The position numbers and the translations under genes are program-made. A model generated the notes under the pieces. The model was not told where the DNA came from and made no database searches. It was given only the letters and a program-made list of their open reading frames with translations. From the sequence record SRR22947727_1304: a stretch of DNA of 36,592 bases. One strand, 5' to 3'. Below, piece by piece: positions 8,130-17,844 of this stretch. How positions within the stretch are numbered: the first letter of the stretch is position 1; the number at the start of each line of letters is the position of its first letter.

Positions 8130-9314
8130 ATGTTAAATAATTATAAATCCGGTTATTCATTGAGCCAGTGTTTTTATAAAGATGAAAGTATCTATGATTT
8201 AGAGGTCAAGAGTATCTTTCATAAGCATTGGTTATTTGCCGGCCATACATCACAAATACCCAATATGGGTGATTATTTTCTATTCGAAATTTCGGAAGAG
8301 TCCATAATAATAGTTCGCAATAAAAAGAATAAAATAAAAGCACATGTCAATGTGTGCCGACATCGCGGGTCAAATATTTGCTCAGAAAAGTATGGGAATA
8401 AAAAGTTACTTAACTGTCCTTATCATGCATGGAGTTATGATCTGGATGGCCTTCTCATAACGGCGCGTGATATGCCTAGTGACTTCAAATATAAAAACAA
8501 CAACTTACATTCTGTTAATGTAGAGCTTATAGGGGGCTTTATTTTTATAAATTTAGCGAAAAAACCCCTATCTTTATATAATTTTAAACGCGACTTAAAT
8601 AAAACATTGGATCTATTCGGGTTAGATGATCTAAAACTTGTAATGCATAAAAGTTATCCAATACCAGCTAATTGGAAACTGGCAGTAGAGAATTATAACG
8701 AATGTTATCATTGTAATCCATCGCACAAAGAATTTTCTCAAATTCATATGATGGGTACTGATAATAAAGTCTTTAAGAAACGAAAGAATGATTTCCACGA
8801 GCAGAATAAGGGTAAACTTAAATTTGCTCAATTTAACTGTTATTACGACTATGCTCAGACTGGTCAGGAAGGTTATCAATACGATAGAAATCCACTTAAG
8901 CCAGGAATTTTAAGCGGTACTGTAAAGGGTTCGCCAGCAGCCCCCTTGCTGGGAAATCTCACTGAATACGATAATGGAGCATCTGAGCTGATGTTAGGGC
9001 CTCTTATGTTTTTTCTTTTATATGATGACTACATTGTTGGTTATAGGTTCACGCCATTATCTTTAAATAATTGTGTGTGTGATATTTTTTGGTTTGTTCG
9101 CGATGATGCTGTAGAAAATATCGATTATGAAATTAATAATTTAATTTGGTTATGGGATACAACAACTTTAGCTGACAAAGAAATAATCAGTAATAATCAA
9201 AAAGGTGTTAATTCAAGTTTCTATAGTCCTGGTCGTTTGTCATTAATGGAGGATTTCCAGAAAAGTTTTTTAGATTGGTATATCAATACATTAAGTAGCT
9301 ATACAGGTGATTAA
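8130..9314 (+). CDS. Rieske non-heme iron oxygenase alpha subunit (GbcA/Stc2-like quaternary-amine demethylase group)
   Basis: CRHRG...CPYHAW Rieske ligands; NWKLAVENYNECYHC..SH mononuclear-iron motif; C-terminal D..I..NNQKG. Confidence 0.88.
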   Translation: MLNNYKSGYSLSQCFYKDESIYDLEVKSIFHKHWLFAGHTSQIPNMGDYFLFEISEESIIIVRNKKNKIKAHVNVCRHRGSNICSEKYGNKKLLNCPYHAWSYDLDGLLITARDMPSDFKYKNNNLHSVNVELIGGFIFINLAKKPLSLYNFKRDLNKTLDLFGLDDLKLVMHKSYPIPANWKLAVENYNECYHCNPSHKEFSQIHMMGTDNKVFKKRKNDFHEQNKGKLKFAQFNCYYDYAQTGQEGYQYDRNPLKPGILSGTVKGSPAAPLLGNLTEYDNGASELMLGPLMFFLLYDDYIVGYRFTPLSLNNCVCDIFWFVRDDAVENIDYEINNLIWLWDTTTLADKEIISNNQKGVNSSFYSPGRLSLMEDFQKSFLDWYINTLSSYTGD

Positions 9315-10614
9315 ATTGAACGATATCATTAATCATGAATCTAATAAGCCAAAAATTGGTTTTTGGAAATGCTGGTCAATTTCAGTGGGCGTAATGATAG
9401 GTTCCGGTGTTTTTTTGCTGCCTTCCGTTTTAGCACCATTTGGATCAATAAGTTTTTTAGGTTGGTTAGTAACAGGCTCTGCTGCAATACTTATTTCTCT
9501 CATACTGGGAAGACTTTCAAGTCGTACAAATCGAAGTGGAGGTTTTTATGTTTACACGCAGGATGCATTTGGTGATTTGCCTGGCTTCTTAATTGCCTGG
9601 GGTTACTGGTTGGCTATTGTTTTTTCTATTACAGCGATAAGTACAGCTTTTGTTGGATATTTAGGTGTTATTATTCCACAAATAGGCTCAAGTTCATTAA
9701 TTCAAGCAATTACCGCATCGGCTTTAATATGGTTATTTGCGGCAATAAACATTCATAGTATAAATTCTGGGGCTAAAACTCAATTAATTACAGTTATTTT
9801 AAAATTAACTCCCCTCATAATCATAATATTATTAGGGTTTAATTCGGGAACAGTTAATAATATACCATCATTTAATCCTCAAGATAAATCGATTTTTGGT
9901 GCTATAGCTACTACTGCCTTATTAACAATGTGGGCTTTTATTGGCTTAGAGGCCGGAACTGTAGCCGCTGCAGATATCATCAACCCAAAAAAAACTATAC
10001 CTAAAGCAATATTAGCGGGGACTATTACCGTTACCTTTGTTTATATCCTTGCTACCGCCTCTGTGATGATGCTTGTTCCTATTGAAATTCTTCAGCATTC
10101 AGAAGCTCCGTTTTTAGATGCTGCGAAATCTATGGGTAGGTTTGGTAGTATATTGATTGCTTCTGGAGTTTTGATTTCAACAGCGGGTTCTGTTAATGGC
10201 AATATACTTCTTAGCGGTCAAATGCCAATGGCTCTAGCTTTAGATAGTCTAGCACCAAAAATACTGGCCAAAAAAAATCGAGGTGGCTCTCCTTCAGTAT
10301 CAATTATTTTCTCATGTATTGTTTCAACATTTTTACTGATACTAAACTACCAAGATGGACTTATTGAAGCATTTATCTTTCTTATTTCGATGTCCACACT
10401 ATGTACGCTTTTGCCGTATGCAATTTCTGCTATGGCAGAGATTAAAGAATCAAAAAAATATTCTAATTTATGGGTTTTTCTGTCATTATTAGCAATTATT
10501 TACATTTGCATGGCTATATTTGGCTCTGGTGTTAAAGTTTTAATTTGGGGATTAGTCTTAATATTAGCTGGTCTTCCATTATACTATCTTAATAAGAAAT
10601 TTATATCGTATTAA
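9307..10614 (+). CDS. APC family amino acid/polyamine permease
   Basis: GVMIGSGVF and MWAFIGLEA motifs; about 12 hydrophobic segments; GTG start overlaps the Rieske gene end. Confidence 0.9.
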   Translation: MIKLNDIINHESNKPKIGFWKCWSISVGVMIGSGVFLLPSVLAPFGSISFLGWLVTGSAAILISLILGRLSSRTNRSGGFYVYTQDAFGDLPGFLIAWGYWLAIVFSITAISTAFVGYLGVIIPQIGSSSLIQAITASALIWLFAAINIHSINSGAKTQLITVILKLTPLIIIILLGFNSGTVNNIPSFNPQDKSIFGAIATTALLTMWAFIGLEAGTVAAADIINPKKTIPKAILAGTITVTFVYILATASVMMLVPIEILQHSEAPFLDAAKSMGRFGSILIASGVLISTAGSVNGNILLSGQMPMALALDSLAPKILAKKNRGGSPSVSIIFSCIVSTFLLILNYQDGLIEAFIFLISMSTLCTLLPYAISAMAEIKESKKYSNLWVFLSLLAIIYICMAIFGSGVKVLIWGLVLILAGLPLYYLNKKFISY

Positions 10615-10725
10615 TAATCTAATATTTTATTACTTAATATCTATATCAAACCATAATAATGCTTTTAGCCTTGTTTGGGCAAATGAGAAAAGATATGCAT
10701 ATTTATCTACAATTGAAAGCTTAAT

Positions 10726-11856
10726 ATGAGTAAACCATTGACTGGAATAAGGGTTATTGAGTTGGCAGGTATTGGACCTGCCCCGTATGCCGGGCAACTT
10801 TTAGCCGAAATGGGTGCTGAGGTGATAGTAGTAAATAGACCTGGGATTTCATTACCAAGTATTGACTCAAGGGGTAAGAAATCAATTATTGTGAATATAA
10901 AGAAATCTGCAGGGGTGAATATCGTATTAGACCTTTGTAAGACTGCTGACATTATTATCGAAGGTTTTCGGCCCGGCGTTACTGAACGACTTGGTTTAGG
11001 TCCAAAAGACTGCCATAATATAAATCCCAAATTAATATATGGCCGAATGACTGGTTGGGGACAAACAGGTCCGTGGTCGAATATGGCTGGTCATGATATA
11101 AATTATATATCAATAACCGGAGCGTTACACGCTATTGGAAAAGATAAACAAGTTCCCTACCCTCCATTAAATTTACTCGGTGATTATGGTGGTGGTTCGA
11201 TGTTCTTAATTATGGGTATATTAGCCAGTCTTATAAAAGTTTCAAAAACTGGTATAGGAGAAATAATAGATTCAGCCATAATAGATGGAACAACATCAAT
11301 GATGGGTATAGTGCACTCCCTTCACTCTATGGGTCAGTGGAACGATAAACGAGAATCCAATTTATTGGATGGTTCAATGCCTTTTTACCGCTGCTATGAA
11401 ACAAAAGATAAAAAATATATGGCAGTGGGTTGCCTGGAAGCAAAGTTTTTTGACATAATGTTGAACTGTATTAATTTAAACAAAGAGGATTTTGGCGCAC
11501 AGCACAATGAAAACTTATGGCCTATGCAACATAAAAAACTTGAAAAAGCTTTTTCTTTAAAAACAAGAAAAGAATGGTCTAATATTTTTGATAATCAAGA
11601 TGCATGTGTAACCCCGGTGCTCAGTTACAAGGAAGCGATTGAACATCCTCAAAATATGCATCGTGATAACTTAATAGAAAATTCAGGAGTTGTCCGCACT
11701 GGTACAGCGCCAAAGTTTTCCAATTCAGACAATATTATTGATCATGAAATTTCTGAAAGTGGAAAACATTCGAGATGTATCCTTAAAGGAATTGGTTATA
11801 GTAATGAATATATTGACGAATTATCTTCTCGAGCAATAGTTTATTGTAGAGAATAA
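10726..11856 (+). CDS. CaiB/BaiF class III CoA-transferase (alpha-methylacyl-CoA racemase-like)
   Basis: ELAGIGPAP, EGFRPGVTERLGLG, AGHDINY and NLLGDYGGG motifs. Confidence 0.9.
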   Translation: MSKPLTGIRVIELAGIGPAPYAGQLLAEMGAEVIVVNRPGISLPSIDSRGKKSIIVNIKKSAGVNIVLDLCKTADIIIEGFRPGVTERLGLGPKDCHNINPKLIYGRMTGWGQTGPWSNMAGHDINYISITGALHAIGKDKQVPYPPLNLLGDYGGGSMFLIMGILASLIKVSKTGIGEIIDSAIIDGTTSMMGIVHSLHSMGQWNDKRESNLLDGSMPFYRCYETKDKKYMAVGCLEAKFFDIMLNCINLNKEDFGAQHNENLWPMQHKKLEKAFSLKTRKEWSNIFDNQDACVTPVLSYKEAIEHPQNMHRDNLIENSGVVRTGTAPKFSNSDNIIDHEISESGKHSRCILKGIGYSNEYIDELSSRAIVYCRE

Positions 11857-11862
11857 GAACAT

Positions 11863-13065
11863 ATGTCTTTGCATATTTTAATTTCAGGCGCTGGTATATC
11901 TGGTCTTGTTTGTGCGATAGCCCTAGCTAAATCTGGTAATAAAGTAAGTATATTTGATAAAAGCACTGAATTTCTTGATATCGGAGCCGGAATACAGCAA
12001 GCCTCTAATGCAATGCAGATTCATACAGCATTAGGTATAAGTGAAAAAATTAAATCCTTTTCTTGCGAGCCAGAAAGTATTGATTTTTATGATCTATCAA
12101 CTTCAAAGAAACTTTTTTCTTCGAAATTATTAGGTACTCATGAAAACCGTTATGGGTATAAATATCTTCATATTCATAGATCAGATTTACATCGTACTTT
12201 ACTAGATGAATTAAAAAAATATAATATTAACATATACCTAAAATCAAATATTAATTCTTATATGAATACAAAAAAGGGTGTGTCAATTGAGATAAATGGA
12301 AAGACTTTTAATGGTGATGTCTTAGTTGGTGCTGATGGCATCAATTCTGCTGTAAGAAAAAATATGAACGGACCAGAGAGTCCAAAATTTACTGGCTATG
12401 CCGCTTGGAGAGGACTGATAAAAACTAATAAACTTCCACATAACTTGATACCGCTAGCTGCGAATAACTGGCTTGGTGAAGATAAACATATAGTTAGTTA
12501 TTACGTCAAAAACGGAGAATATATAAATTTTGTTGCAGTTACAAAATATGACGAATGGCTTCCGCATGACTGGAAAATTGAAGGGTCGATAAGCAAAATG
12601 CGTGATTGCTTTAAGAATGCAGATAGTAGAGTGCAAATATTACTTCAAAATTGCCATAAATGTTATCTTTGGGGAATTTTTGACAATCCCCCTCTTGATA
12701 ATTGGAATGATGAATATGTAACACTTATCGGAGATGCAGCACACCCTATGATGCCGTTCTTAGCTCAAGGAGCTTCCGTAGCTATGGAGGATTCGTGGGT
12801 TTTGGCTCACTTTCTAAACAAATATAGTAAAGATGTTAAGCTTGGCCTTAAACAATATCAGAAAGCAAGACTTAAAAAAGCTAACTTAATTCAATATCTG
12901 TCTAAACAGAATGCAGGTTTATATCACATGAGACCCTCGCTAAAAAAATGGATTAGAGATTGTCAACTTAACATAGCTACAAAAATCCCCGCAGTACTAA
13001 CCACGAAATATGATAAGATCTTTGGTAGCAATGTTGTATTGAATTATCCTATTAATTTTGAATAA
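11863..13065 (+). CDS. FAD-dependent monooxygenase (salicylate-hydroxylase-like, class A)
   Basis: GAGISGL, LVGADGINS and LIGDAAHPMMPFLAQGA motifs. Confidence 0.88.
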   Translation: MSLHILISGAGISGLVCAIALAKSGNKVSIFDKSTEFLDIGAGIQQASNAMQIHTALGISEKIKSFSCEPESIDFYDLSTSKKLFSSKLLGTHENRYGYKYLHIHRSDLHRTLLDELKKYNINIYLKSNINSYMNTKKGVSIEINGKTFNGDVLVGADGINSAVRKNMNGPESPKFTGYAAWRGLIKTNKLPHNLIPLAANNWLGEDKHIVSYYVKNGEYINFVAVTKYDEWLPHDWKIEGSISKMRDCFKNADSRVQILLQNCHKCYLWGIFDNPPLDNWNDEYVTLIGDAAHPMMPFLAQGASVAMEDSWVLAHFLNKYSKDVKLGLKQYQKARLKKANLIQYLSKQNAGLYHMRPSLKKWIRDCQLNIATKIPAVLTTKYDKIFGSNVVLNYPINFE

Positions 13066-13073
13066 TTTAGTAC

Positions 13074-13122
13074 TTGAAATTACTCAGTCATTGTGTATTA
13101 ACACGATAACACAGTAATACGA
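13074..13122 (+). promoter_or_regulatory. Probable his operon promoter overlapped by a tandem TrpR-type operator
   Basis: TTGAAA (13074-79) as -35 and TATTAA (13096-101) as -10. TAACAC/TAACAC/TAATAC occur at 13099, 13107 and 13115 (8-bp period), plus an inverted GTATTA at 13095-100. Confidence 0.6.
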
Positions 13123-13128
13123 GATATA

Positions 13129-13425
13129 ATGTCATATAATTCTAATAATAAAACAAGTGAAGACTTAGCAATAGTATTGAGTGATATAAGCTCACCGAAA
13201 GAAATGAAAAGTTTCTTAGTGGATTTATGCACTCCAGCTGAGCTTAGAGCTCTATCTGAGAGATGGCATGTAGCGCAAATTTTAGACCTAAATGAAAAAA
13301 GCTATAGAGAAATAAATTCAGAAACAGGCGTTTCAACTACTACCATTGCTAGAGTCGCAAGGTTCTTAAGAGATGAACCGCATCAAGGTTACAGAGCAGT
13401 TTTAAACAGACTTCAGGGAAAATAA
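13129..13425 (+). CDS. TrpR-like YerC/YecD family repressor (HisR-like)
   Basis: DLCTPAELRALSERW and SYREI..ETGVSTTTIARVARFL motifs; first gene of the his operon. Confidence 0.88.
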   Translation: MSYNSNNKTSEDLAIVLSDISSPKEMKSFLVDLCTPAELRALSERWHVAQILDLNEKSYREINSETGVSTTTIARVARFLRDEPHQGYRAVLNRLQGK

Positions 13426-13426
13426 A

Positions 13427-14311
13427 ATGACTGAGAGATTAAGAATTGCCCTTCAAAAAAAAGGCAGGTTAGCAGAGGATAGCTTTAAGTTATTGAGAAA
13501 ATGCGGGCTAAGATTTACAATACGGGGTGACGGCCTTTTAGCACGTGTCAAAAATATGCCGATAGATTTATTATTAGTTCGAGATGACGATATCCCTAGT
13601 TTTGTAGCAAATAATGCAGCAGATATAGGTATTGTTGGAGAAAATGTTTTAGTTGAAGAGCAGTTGGTTTCAAATGATAAATTGGATGCTAATATCAAAA
13701 TGCGCCTTGGGTTTTCAAAATGTAAACTGTGCCTTGCATCACCTGAGAATAACGAACTTGATAATATTATAAAATTATCAAATACACGTATAGCCACGTC
13801 CTATCCTGGCGTTTTAAAAAAATTCTTAGATGAAGAAAAGATTAAGGCGAAATTAGTAGAAATGAAAGGTGCGGTTGAATTAGCGCCGTCAATAGGAATT
13901 GCAGATAGCATTTGTGACCTTGTTTCATCTGGAGCCACACTGGAAGCAAATGGCCTTAAGGTTTTTCGTACAATTCTAGAAAGCGAAGCTGTATTAATTC
14001 AATCTAAAAGATCTCTTTCTGCCGAAAAGGGAATTTTACTAAAAAAAGTATTCCGTCGAATTGACGGAGTTATTAAGTCTTCTGAAACGAAATATGTAAT
14101 GCTTAACGCTCCTCGTGAAAAAGTTGATGAAATTACGGAATTATTGCCTGGTTCTGATTCTCCCACAATAGTACCTTTGGCTGGCAGTGATAACTTAGTA
14201 GCGCTTCAAGCAGTTTGCACTGAGAAAATTCTATGGGAAAATCTTGAAGAACTAAAGTTACTGGGTGCTAGAGCTATATTAGTATTACCTATAGAAAAAA
14301 TGATGAGCTAA
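13427..14311 (+). CDS. hisG: ATP phosphoribosyltransferase, long form
   Basis: RIALQKKGRL, VRDDDIP, IATSYP, DLVSSGATL; C-terminal regulatory domain ending LVLPIEK. Confidence 0.96.
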   Translation: MTERLRIALQKKGRLAEDSFKLLRKCGLRFTIRGDGLLARVKNMPIDLLLVRDDDIPSFVANNAADIGIVGENVLVEEQLVSNDKLDANIKMRLGFSKCKLCLASPENNELDNIIKLSNTRIATSYPGVLKKFLDEEKIKAKLVEMKGAVELAPSIGIADSICDLVSSGATLEANGLKVFRTILESEAVLIQSKRSLSAEKGILLKKVFRRIDGVIKSSETKYVMLNAPREKVDEITELLPGSDSPTIVPLAGSDNLVALQAVCTEKILWENLEELKLLGARAILVLPIEKMMS

Positions 14312-15612
14312 TGAAAACTTTTATTTGGGAGGATATGGATCAAAATTCACGCCATTTAGCCTTAGCTAGGCCTGAGGGGCTATCTGATTCAAAAAAAAAT
14401 GATCAAGTTAAAAGTATATTACTTGAAGTTAAATTAAATGGAGATGCGGCAATAAAATCTTTCACTTCAACTTATGATAAAGTTGATCTAAAAACCCTAA
14501 GGGTTCCAGAGATTGAATTAAAAAATGCTTGGTTGAATTTACCTCAAAAAGAAAAAGATGCTATCAGTATAGCTAAATCTAATATTCAGAAATTTCACTT
14601 ATCGCAAATACCTAAAGACATAGAAGTTGAAACAATGGAGGGGGTATTTTGCAAACGCGAAACTCGAGCTATTCAAACAGCAGGGTTATATGTACCTGGC
14701 GGAACGGCACCTCTAGTGTCCACTCTTTTAATGTTAGCAGTTCCTGCTAAAGTTGCTGGAGTAAGACGACGGGTTGTGGTCTCGCCTCCAGGTGCCAATG
14801 GTAAGATACATTCTTCAATATTGGCAGCTGCTTATACTTGCGATGTTACAGATGTTTTTTCATGCGGTGGAGCGCAAGCTATAGCAGGCCTTTCGTATGG
14901 AACTGAAAGTTTACCAAAATGCGATAAAATATTTGGTCCAGGAAATGTTTATGTTTCATTGGCTAAATCACTTGTAGCCCAAGAAATAGGTGGTCCAGCA
15001 ATTGATATGCCAGCCGGTCCGTCTGAGGCAATGGTTGTGGCTAACAATGAAGCTTCTCCAGAGTTTGTAGCCGCTGATCTTTTAAGCCAAGCAGAACATG
15101 ATGTACTTGCTCAAGTAATCTGTGTTTCTACTTGCAAAAATTTATCTAACAAAATTAAGGCAGAAATAGTTAAACAAGTTGAAACATTACCTCGTAAGGA
15201 TGTTGCTAAGGCGGCAATTAAAAAGTCTCGAATGATAATTGCAAATTCCAGAGAAATGATAATAGATATAATAAATAGTTATTCGCCTGAACATCTAATT
15301 CTCCAATTAAAAAACCCTGAGACTTTAGTCCCAGCCATAAGAAATGCTGGATCTATATTCCTTGGGCCCTGGTCTCCTGAAGCGGTTGGGGATTATGCTA
15401 GTGGAACCAACCACACCTTGCCAACTAATGGTGCAGCTAAGTCATATAGTGGAATAACTGTAGAGAGCTTTTTAAAGTACATAAGTATACAAAAATTATC
15501 AAAAAAAGGCTTAGAGCTATTAGCACCCACTGTAACATGCTTAGCTGAAATGGAAGGACTTGAAGCTCATAAACGCTCAGTTTCTATAAGATTGGAGTCT
15601 AAAAATGGATAA
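14311..15612 (+). CDS. hisD: Histidinol dehydrogenase
   Basis: GLYVPGGTAPL, IDMPAGPSE, DLLSQAEHD, PEHL and GDYASGTNHTLPT motifs. Confidence 0.97.
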   Translation: MKTFIWEDMDQNSRHLALARPEGLSDSKKNDQVKSILLEVKLNGDAAIKSFTSTYDKVDLKTLRVPEIELKNAWLNLPQKEKDAISIAKSNIQKFHLSQIPKDIEVETMEGVFCKRETRAIQTAGLYVPGGTAPLVSTLLMLAVPAKVAGVRRRVVVSPPGANGKIHSSILAAAYTCDVTDVFSCGGAQAIAGLSYGTESLPKCDKIFGPGNVYVSLAKSLVAQEIGGPAIDMPAGPSEAMVVANNEASPEFVAADLLSQAEHDVLAQVICVSTCKNLSNKIKAEIVKQVETLPRKDVAKAAIKKSRMIIANSREMIIDIINSYSPEHLILQLKNPETLVPAIRNAGSIFLGPWSPEAVGDYASGTNHTLPTNGAAKSYSGITVESFLKYISIQKLSKKGLELLAPTVTCLAEMEGLEAHKRSVSIRLESKNG

Positions 15613-17245
15613 CTGGCCAGAATGTATAGTAAGAAAAGCAATATTAGGTTTAGTTCCTTATTCGTCACGTGGAGGCTCGACTAACGCTTTGCATCTTGAC
15701 GCTAATGAAAGTCCATACACGCCCCCTCCAGCGTTAACAATCAATAAATACAATCGTTACCCAGATCAGCAGCCAATATCTTTGCTAGATCGTCTATCAA
15801 CGTTATATTCGACCAATAATGATAACTTAATGTTAGGTCGAGGTGCTGATGAAGCAATTGAAGTATTGATAAGAACATTTTGTGAAATAAATAAAGACAA
15901 TATATTAATCTGCTCACCAACATTTGGTTATTATGCTACGTGTGCACAAATTCAAGAAGTTGGTATAATTGATGTTCCTCTTACTCAAAATTTTGAGTGG
16001 CAAGATGAGAAAATTCTGAAAAAAGTAAAAAAATCAACAAATCTTAAGTTAATATTTTTATGCACACCTAACAATCCATCGGGTGGTGTTATTAAGTCAG
16101 ATTTAGTTGAAAGACTCTGTCAAGAATGCCCAGACACTTTAATAGTAGTAGATGAAGCTTATCAAGAGTTTTCATCAAGTCAAAGCTATATAACAAAAAT
16201 AAAAGAATTTAGAAATTTGGTAGTTTTAAGAACGTTATCCAAGGCTTATTCAATGGCAGGAGTCAGGCTTGGAGTTGCGATAGCAAACCCAAGTATAATC
16301 AAAATGATGTTCAAGGTCCTTCCTCCTTACCCAATTGCAAGGCCTGTTGAAACTACCGTACTAGATACTTTATCTCCAAGTGCAATAAGTACGCATAATA
16401 TAAGGATTACAACTATTAAGTCTGAAAGAGAAAGAATGCTTAAGCGGTTAGGTGAATCTTCCTATATTGAAGAAATCTGGCCTTCTGAAGGTAATTTTTT
16501 ATTAGTAAAAGTAAATAATTATGACAAACTATTCAATGAACTAAATAAGTTCAATATTAGAATACGTGATTACAGGTCATCAACTGGACATCTACGAATA
16601 TCTATAGGCTCACCCAAAGAAAATAATTTAGCCCTAGCGGCTTTTGGAATTTCAATTGATAATACGCGTGTAGATAGAATAGGTGAATGTCATAGAAAAA
16701 CTAAAGAGACGGATATATCTGTACTAGTGAATTTAGATAATCCTAGTGAAGTGAATATTAAAACAGGAATAGGTTTCTATGATCATATGCTAGAAAGTCT
16801 TGCCAAACATGGGAATTTTGGCCTTACCCTTAAATGTGTTGGCGACTTAGAGATAGATAGTCATCATACCATTGAAGATTGCGCGTTGGCTTTGGGCACT
16901 GCTTTAAAACGTGCCCTCGGTGATAAAGCAGGTATTGGAAGATTTGGTTTCATTATACCAATGGATGAAACATTAGCAAACGTTGCGATTGACTTATCAG
17001 GTAGACCGTCCTTTAATTTCACTGGTGATTTTCCAACAGATCACGTAGGAGAATTTCCATCTGAAATGTGTCCGCATGTTTTTGACAGTCTATCGCAAAC
17101 ATTAGGTGCTTCAATACATATATCAGTCAATGGTGAAAATACACACCATATGATAGAAGCCTGCTTTAAAGGAGTAGCTAGAGCACTCAGGCCTGCATTT
17201 AAACGTTCTGGTAATATAATAGCATCAACGAAAGGTGTAATATGA
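15605..17245 (+). CDS. hisC: Fused histidinol-phosphate aminotransferase (HisC) and imidazoleglycerol-phosphate dehydratase (HisB/IGPD)
   Basis: N-terminal part has LDANESP, PNNPSG, VDEAY and RTLSKAY (PLP Lys). C-terminal part from about nt 16675 has RKTKETDI, HHTIED and NTHHMIEA. One open frame of 546 aa. Confidence 0.93.
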   Translation: MDNWPECIVRKAILGLVPYSSRGGSTNALHLDANESPYTPPPALTINKYNRYPDQQPISLLDRLSTLYSTNNDNLMLGRGADEAIEVLIRTFCEINKDNILICSPTFGYYATCAQIQEVGIIDVPLTQNFEWQDEKILKKVKKSTNLKLIFLCTPNNPSGGVIKSDLVERLCQECPDTLIVVDEAYQEFSSSQSYITKIKEFRNLVVLRTLSKAYSMAGVRLGVAIANPSIIKMMFKVLPPYPIARPVETTVLDTLSPSAISTHNIRITTIKSERERMLKRLGESSYIEEIWPSEGNFLLVKVNNYDKLFNELNKFNIRIRDYRSSTGHLRISIGSPKENNLALAAFGISIDNTRVDRIGECHRKTKETDISVLVNLDNPSEVNIKTGIGFYDHMLESLAKHGNFGLTLKCVGDLEIDSHHTIEDCALALGTALKRALGDKAGIGRFGFIIPMDETLANVAIDLSGRPSFNFTGDFPTDHVGEFPSEMCPHVFDSLSQTLGASIHISVNGENTHHMIEACFKGVARALRPAFKRSGNIIASTKGVI

Positions 17246-17844
17246 TGAATGTTGCCATTGTGGATACCGGTGTTGCCAATATATCATCAGTAAAATTTGC
17301 TCTTGAGAGATTATCGATCAATCCTCTGATTACTAATAATACAGATTTAATAAAAAAATCTGATAGAGTCATCTTGCCAGGCGTTGGTTCCGCACCACAT
17401 GCTATGCGAAGGTTAAAAAGTGAAGGTATTGATACTGTATTAAAGATGCTTAAGCAACCTGTCATGGGTATATGCTTAGGAATGCAAATACTATATGAAT
17501 ACCTAGAGGAAGGTGGTTCTAGTATTGAAGGGCTTGGTCTACTCAAAGGTAAAGTCAAACTGTTGAATACAAAACAAAATCCCTCCCCACATATGGGATG
17601 GAATAAGTTAAATTTTAGTAAAAAAGATTGTCTGCTCAATGGAGTTAAAAATGGTTCATATGTTTATTTTGTTCATAGTTATGCAGCTGACTTATCAAAT
17701 TTTACTCTTGCGAAAACTAATTATGGAAATGATTTTTCATCTATAGTTAAAAAGAATAATATTTATGGTTGTCAATTTCATCCAGAAAGAAGCAGCAGTG
17801 TAGGCGCTAATATTCTTAAAAATTTCTTAGAGTTAAAAACATGA
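17242..17844 (+). CDS. hisH: Imidazole glycerol phosphate synthase glutaminase subunit
   Basis: ILPGVG, GICLGMQ, PHMGWN, YFVHSY and QFHPE motifs. Confidence 0.96.
   Translation: MMNVAIVDTGVANISSVKFALERLSINPLITNNTDLIKKSDRVILPGVGSAPHAMRRLKSEGIDTVLKMLKQPVMGICLGMQILYEYLEEGGSSIEGLGLLKGKVKLLNTKQNPSPHMGWNKLNFSKKDCLLNGVKNGSYVYFVHSYAADLSNFTLAKTNYGNDFSSIVKKNNIYGCQFHPERSSSVGANILKNFLELKT

Noticed and set aside
13066-13128. his attenuator or leader peptide
   Set aside because: No His-codon run or terminator hairpin; the region is only 63 bp.
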